From a virus (taxonomy: Duplodnaviria; Heunggongvirae; Uroviricota; Caudoviricetes), in IMG/VR virus record IMGVR_UViG_3300044678_002996, positions 1 to 17,300 of that record: a DNA stretch of 17,300 bases; one strand, given 5' to 3'. Positions 16,073 to 17,300 of this stretch are shown one piece after another. Positions within the stretch are counted from its first letter, which is position 1; every line of letters starts with the position of its first letter. The notes beneath the pieces were generated by a model, which saw only the letters and a program-made list of their open reading frames with translations, ran no database searches and was not told where the DNA came from. The translations under genes were made by a program, and so were the position numbers.

Positions 16073-16449
16073 TATTCGCCTTTCAAAATTCTAATAGCAC
16101 TTTTGGGCCATTTTGTGCCACCTGTAAAGTTTGTTTCTTTTTCCATCACATAACACTCATAGATTTCATCATCTAATACTAATACTGGAATAGCCCAAGT
16201 GCTTGACAAGTGAGTACGCTTTTTTGTCACGATTTGACCGTTTTGGTATATTACAGCCCCAGTATGCTCGAAGTCATCCTGAAGACCGGCTTGGGCGACC
16301 TTTGGTTGGACTTCTCTTATTTTTTGGGCGGCGGCATTCCAATCGAATACCTTAATTGGGTTTTTGCGACTAGCTTCGCCCTTTAGATCAAGAGCCCTAT
16401 CTACTTTCCCGTAGTTAGATCTTAGTGTCTCACCTTCTAGCTTTTTCAT
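16072..16449 (-). CDS. Hypothetical phage protein (VFDW..AA...AGL..D...TG...STWA.P...KWP.SA)
   Basis: Start moved to ATG 16449 (125 aa); the track's 25-codon extension overlaps another gene. Confidence 0.75.
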   Translation of the reverse strand: MKKLEGETLRSNYGKVDRALDLKGEASRKNPIKVFDWNAAAQKIREVQPKVAQAGLQDDFEHTGAVIYQNGQIVTKKRTHLSSTWAIPVLVLDDEIYECYVMEKETNFTGGTKWPKSAIRILKGE

Positions 16450-16573
16450 GCTTTTCTTCTTTCTTCTTAAGGTCGTCGACCAGTTGAAGATACATACTGT
16501 ACTCTTCGTCGGACAGATAGTCACCTTGATACAGCTTCATCAAGAGTTCCGAAAGCTTTAACTTAGTCTTCAT
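16430..16573 (-). CDS. 47-aa helical protein missed by the ORF track (MKTKLKLSELLMKLYQGDYLSDEEYSMYLQLVDDLKKKEEKHEKARR)
   Basis: Strong RBS TAAGGAGG 4 nt upstream of ATG 16573; TGA at 16432-16430. Confidence 0.75.
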   Translation of the reverse strand: MKTKLKLSELLMKLYQGDYLSDEEYSMYLQLVDDLKKKEEKHEKARR

Positions 16574-16582
16574 AATTCCTCC

Positions 16583-17044
16583 TTAGAAAAGTTCCTTAGC
16601 GGTATTCTCAAAAATACGAATTAACTGTGGGCTCATTTCAAATCTTTGCCCATTATGTTCAATAGACTTTAGGATATTTCCATCGTTGTGGCGTTCGCTA
16701 GCAGCCTTCCAGTCCACAAGCATTTCGACCAAGTCCAGAAGGGTCATGTCGTTAATACCATGCTTGTGATGCTCTGGGTGGTGAGCGTTACGGGCGTAGT
16801 GGTGTTCTAGGGCGACGCCCATTTCCTTTTTGAAGCGATTATATTCCTCAGATCCAAAAGTACAGGCAGCAAGCTTAGGGGTGTATTCTGTGAATAGCTC
16901 CACCTCTGGTGATTCCAGCTTGCTCTGGTCGTGTTTCTCGGCACGCCCCATTAGGTTTGAGATTACTCTATTGATGTAATTTCTTACTTTTTCAATATGC
17001 CTCATTGTAATAAAGTTACACGCTTGTTGTTCTTCAGTTAACAT
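16583..17044 (-). CDS. DUF5662-like HD-type metal-dependent phosphohydrolase
   Basis: H..KV, HD.SK, HHY..N.HHPEH, EM..DW.AAS.R pattern. Confidence 0.75.
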   Translation of the reverse strand: MLTEEQQACNFITMRHIEKVRNYINRVISNLMGRAEKHDQSKLESPEVELFTEYTPKLAACTFGSEEYNRFKKEMGVALEHHYARNAHHPEHHKHGINDMTLLDLVEMLVDWKAASERHNDGNILKSIEHNGQRFEMSPQLIRIFENTAKELF

Positions 17045-17300
17045 AAATTCATAACCTCTTCGTATTTCTCTGGAAAGTAAAGATTGTAAATTGGAATATC
17101 GTAGTGGGCCGCGATTCTAAGGGCTTGGCCGGTTCCGCCCGTATCTTTGCCGTCTTTAGTCCAACAGACCACAAACTCACTATTAGGGGCCCCGTCTTTC
17201 CCTATGATTTGTCGGTAGTTACGGGCCATGAGGTTTCTTACCGGCCCCACAAGCTTGTTAGGAGCTGGGTGGAATTTGAGGCTGTCAAACGCCTCTTCGT
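17038..17300 (-). CDS. C-terminal part of a DprA-like / SLOG-fold phage protein (5' truncated by window)
   Basis: Frame is open to the edge: ...EEAFDSLKFHPAPNKLVGPVRNLMARNYRQIIG...FVVCWT.DG...GGTGQALRIA...IPIYNL. Confidence 0.75.
   Translation of the reverse strand, partial: EEAFDSLKFHPAPNKLVGPVRNLMARNYRQIIGKDGAPNSEFVVCWTKDGKDTGGTGQALRIAAHYDIPIYNLYFPEKYEEVMNLC

Noticed and set aside
16450-16524. ORF-track N-terminal extensions (also 1622-1648, 2180-2191, 7409-7441, 7563-7634)
   Set aside because: They overlap upstream genes; downstream ATGs with RBS or stop-start coupling are better starts.
1-17300. Possible stop-codon reassignment (TAG is rare as a stop)
   Set aside because: All recognisable proteins are full length under the standard code, TGA stops occur in ATGA overlaps, and TAG ends ORFs at 2006 and 6354 without leaving gaps.
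1-17300. Apparent excess of GGCC (hand tally about 50)
   Set aside because: Plausibly explained by GGC/GCC codon use; needs a Markov-corrected k-mer test on the whole genome, which I cannot run.
1-17300. tRNA, rRNA, CRISPR array, IS or self-splicing intron
   Set aside because: Apart from the 113-nt gap at 5345-5457 there is no non-coding space, and no repeat-spacer pattern, terminal inverted repeats or interrupted conserved gene other than the HNH site.

Overview
Fragment of a large tailed bacteriophage genome (rIIA/rIIB, UvsX/RecA, ATP-dependent DNA ligase, PhoH, Shine-Dalgarno sites, standard genetic code). About 38 genes form one tightly packed minus-strand run, truncated at both window edges, with 21 junctions of the TAATG/TGATG/ATGA stop-start overlap type. 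The content is DNA recombination, repair and nucleotide metabolism, interspersed with small unknown proteins. The only plus-strand gene is an A-rich HNH homing-endonuclease-like ORF (5458-6354). Top observations: (1) this HNH cassette seems to have inserted into the first codons of a zinc-ribbon gene, leaving a relict N-terminus (MAIVVKTYDC) coupled to the upstream gene and supplying a homologous replacement start (MANVTKEYLC) with its own RBS; (2) a phage protein with a clear twin-arginine (Tat) signal peptide sits inside the recombination operon; (3) a GP88-type Cys-triad (radical-SAM-like) protein lies beside a DenV-like glycosylase; (4) a SLOG / HD-like / ATP-grasp cluster precedes the ligase; (5) PhoH and a second SLOG protein have degenerate catalytic motifs. 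All family calls come from motif recognition by eye, not database searches. No tRNA, rRNA or CRISPR array was seen.
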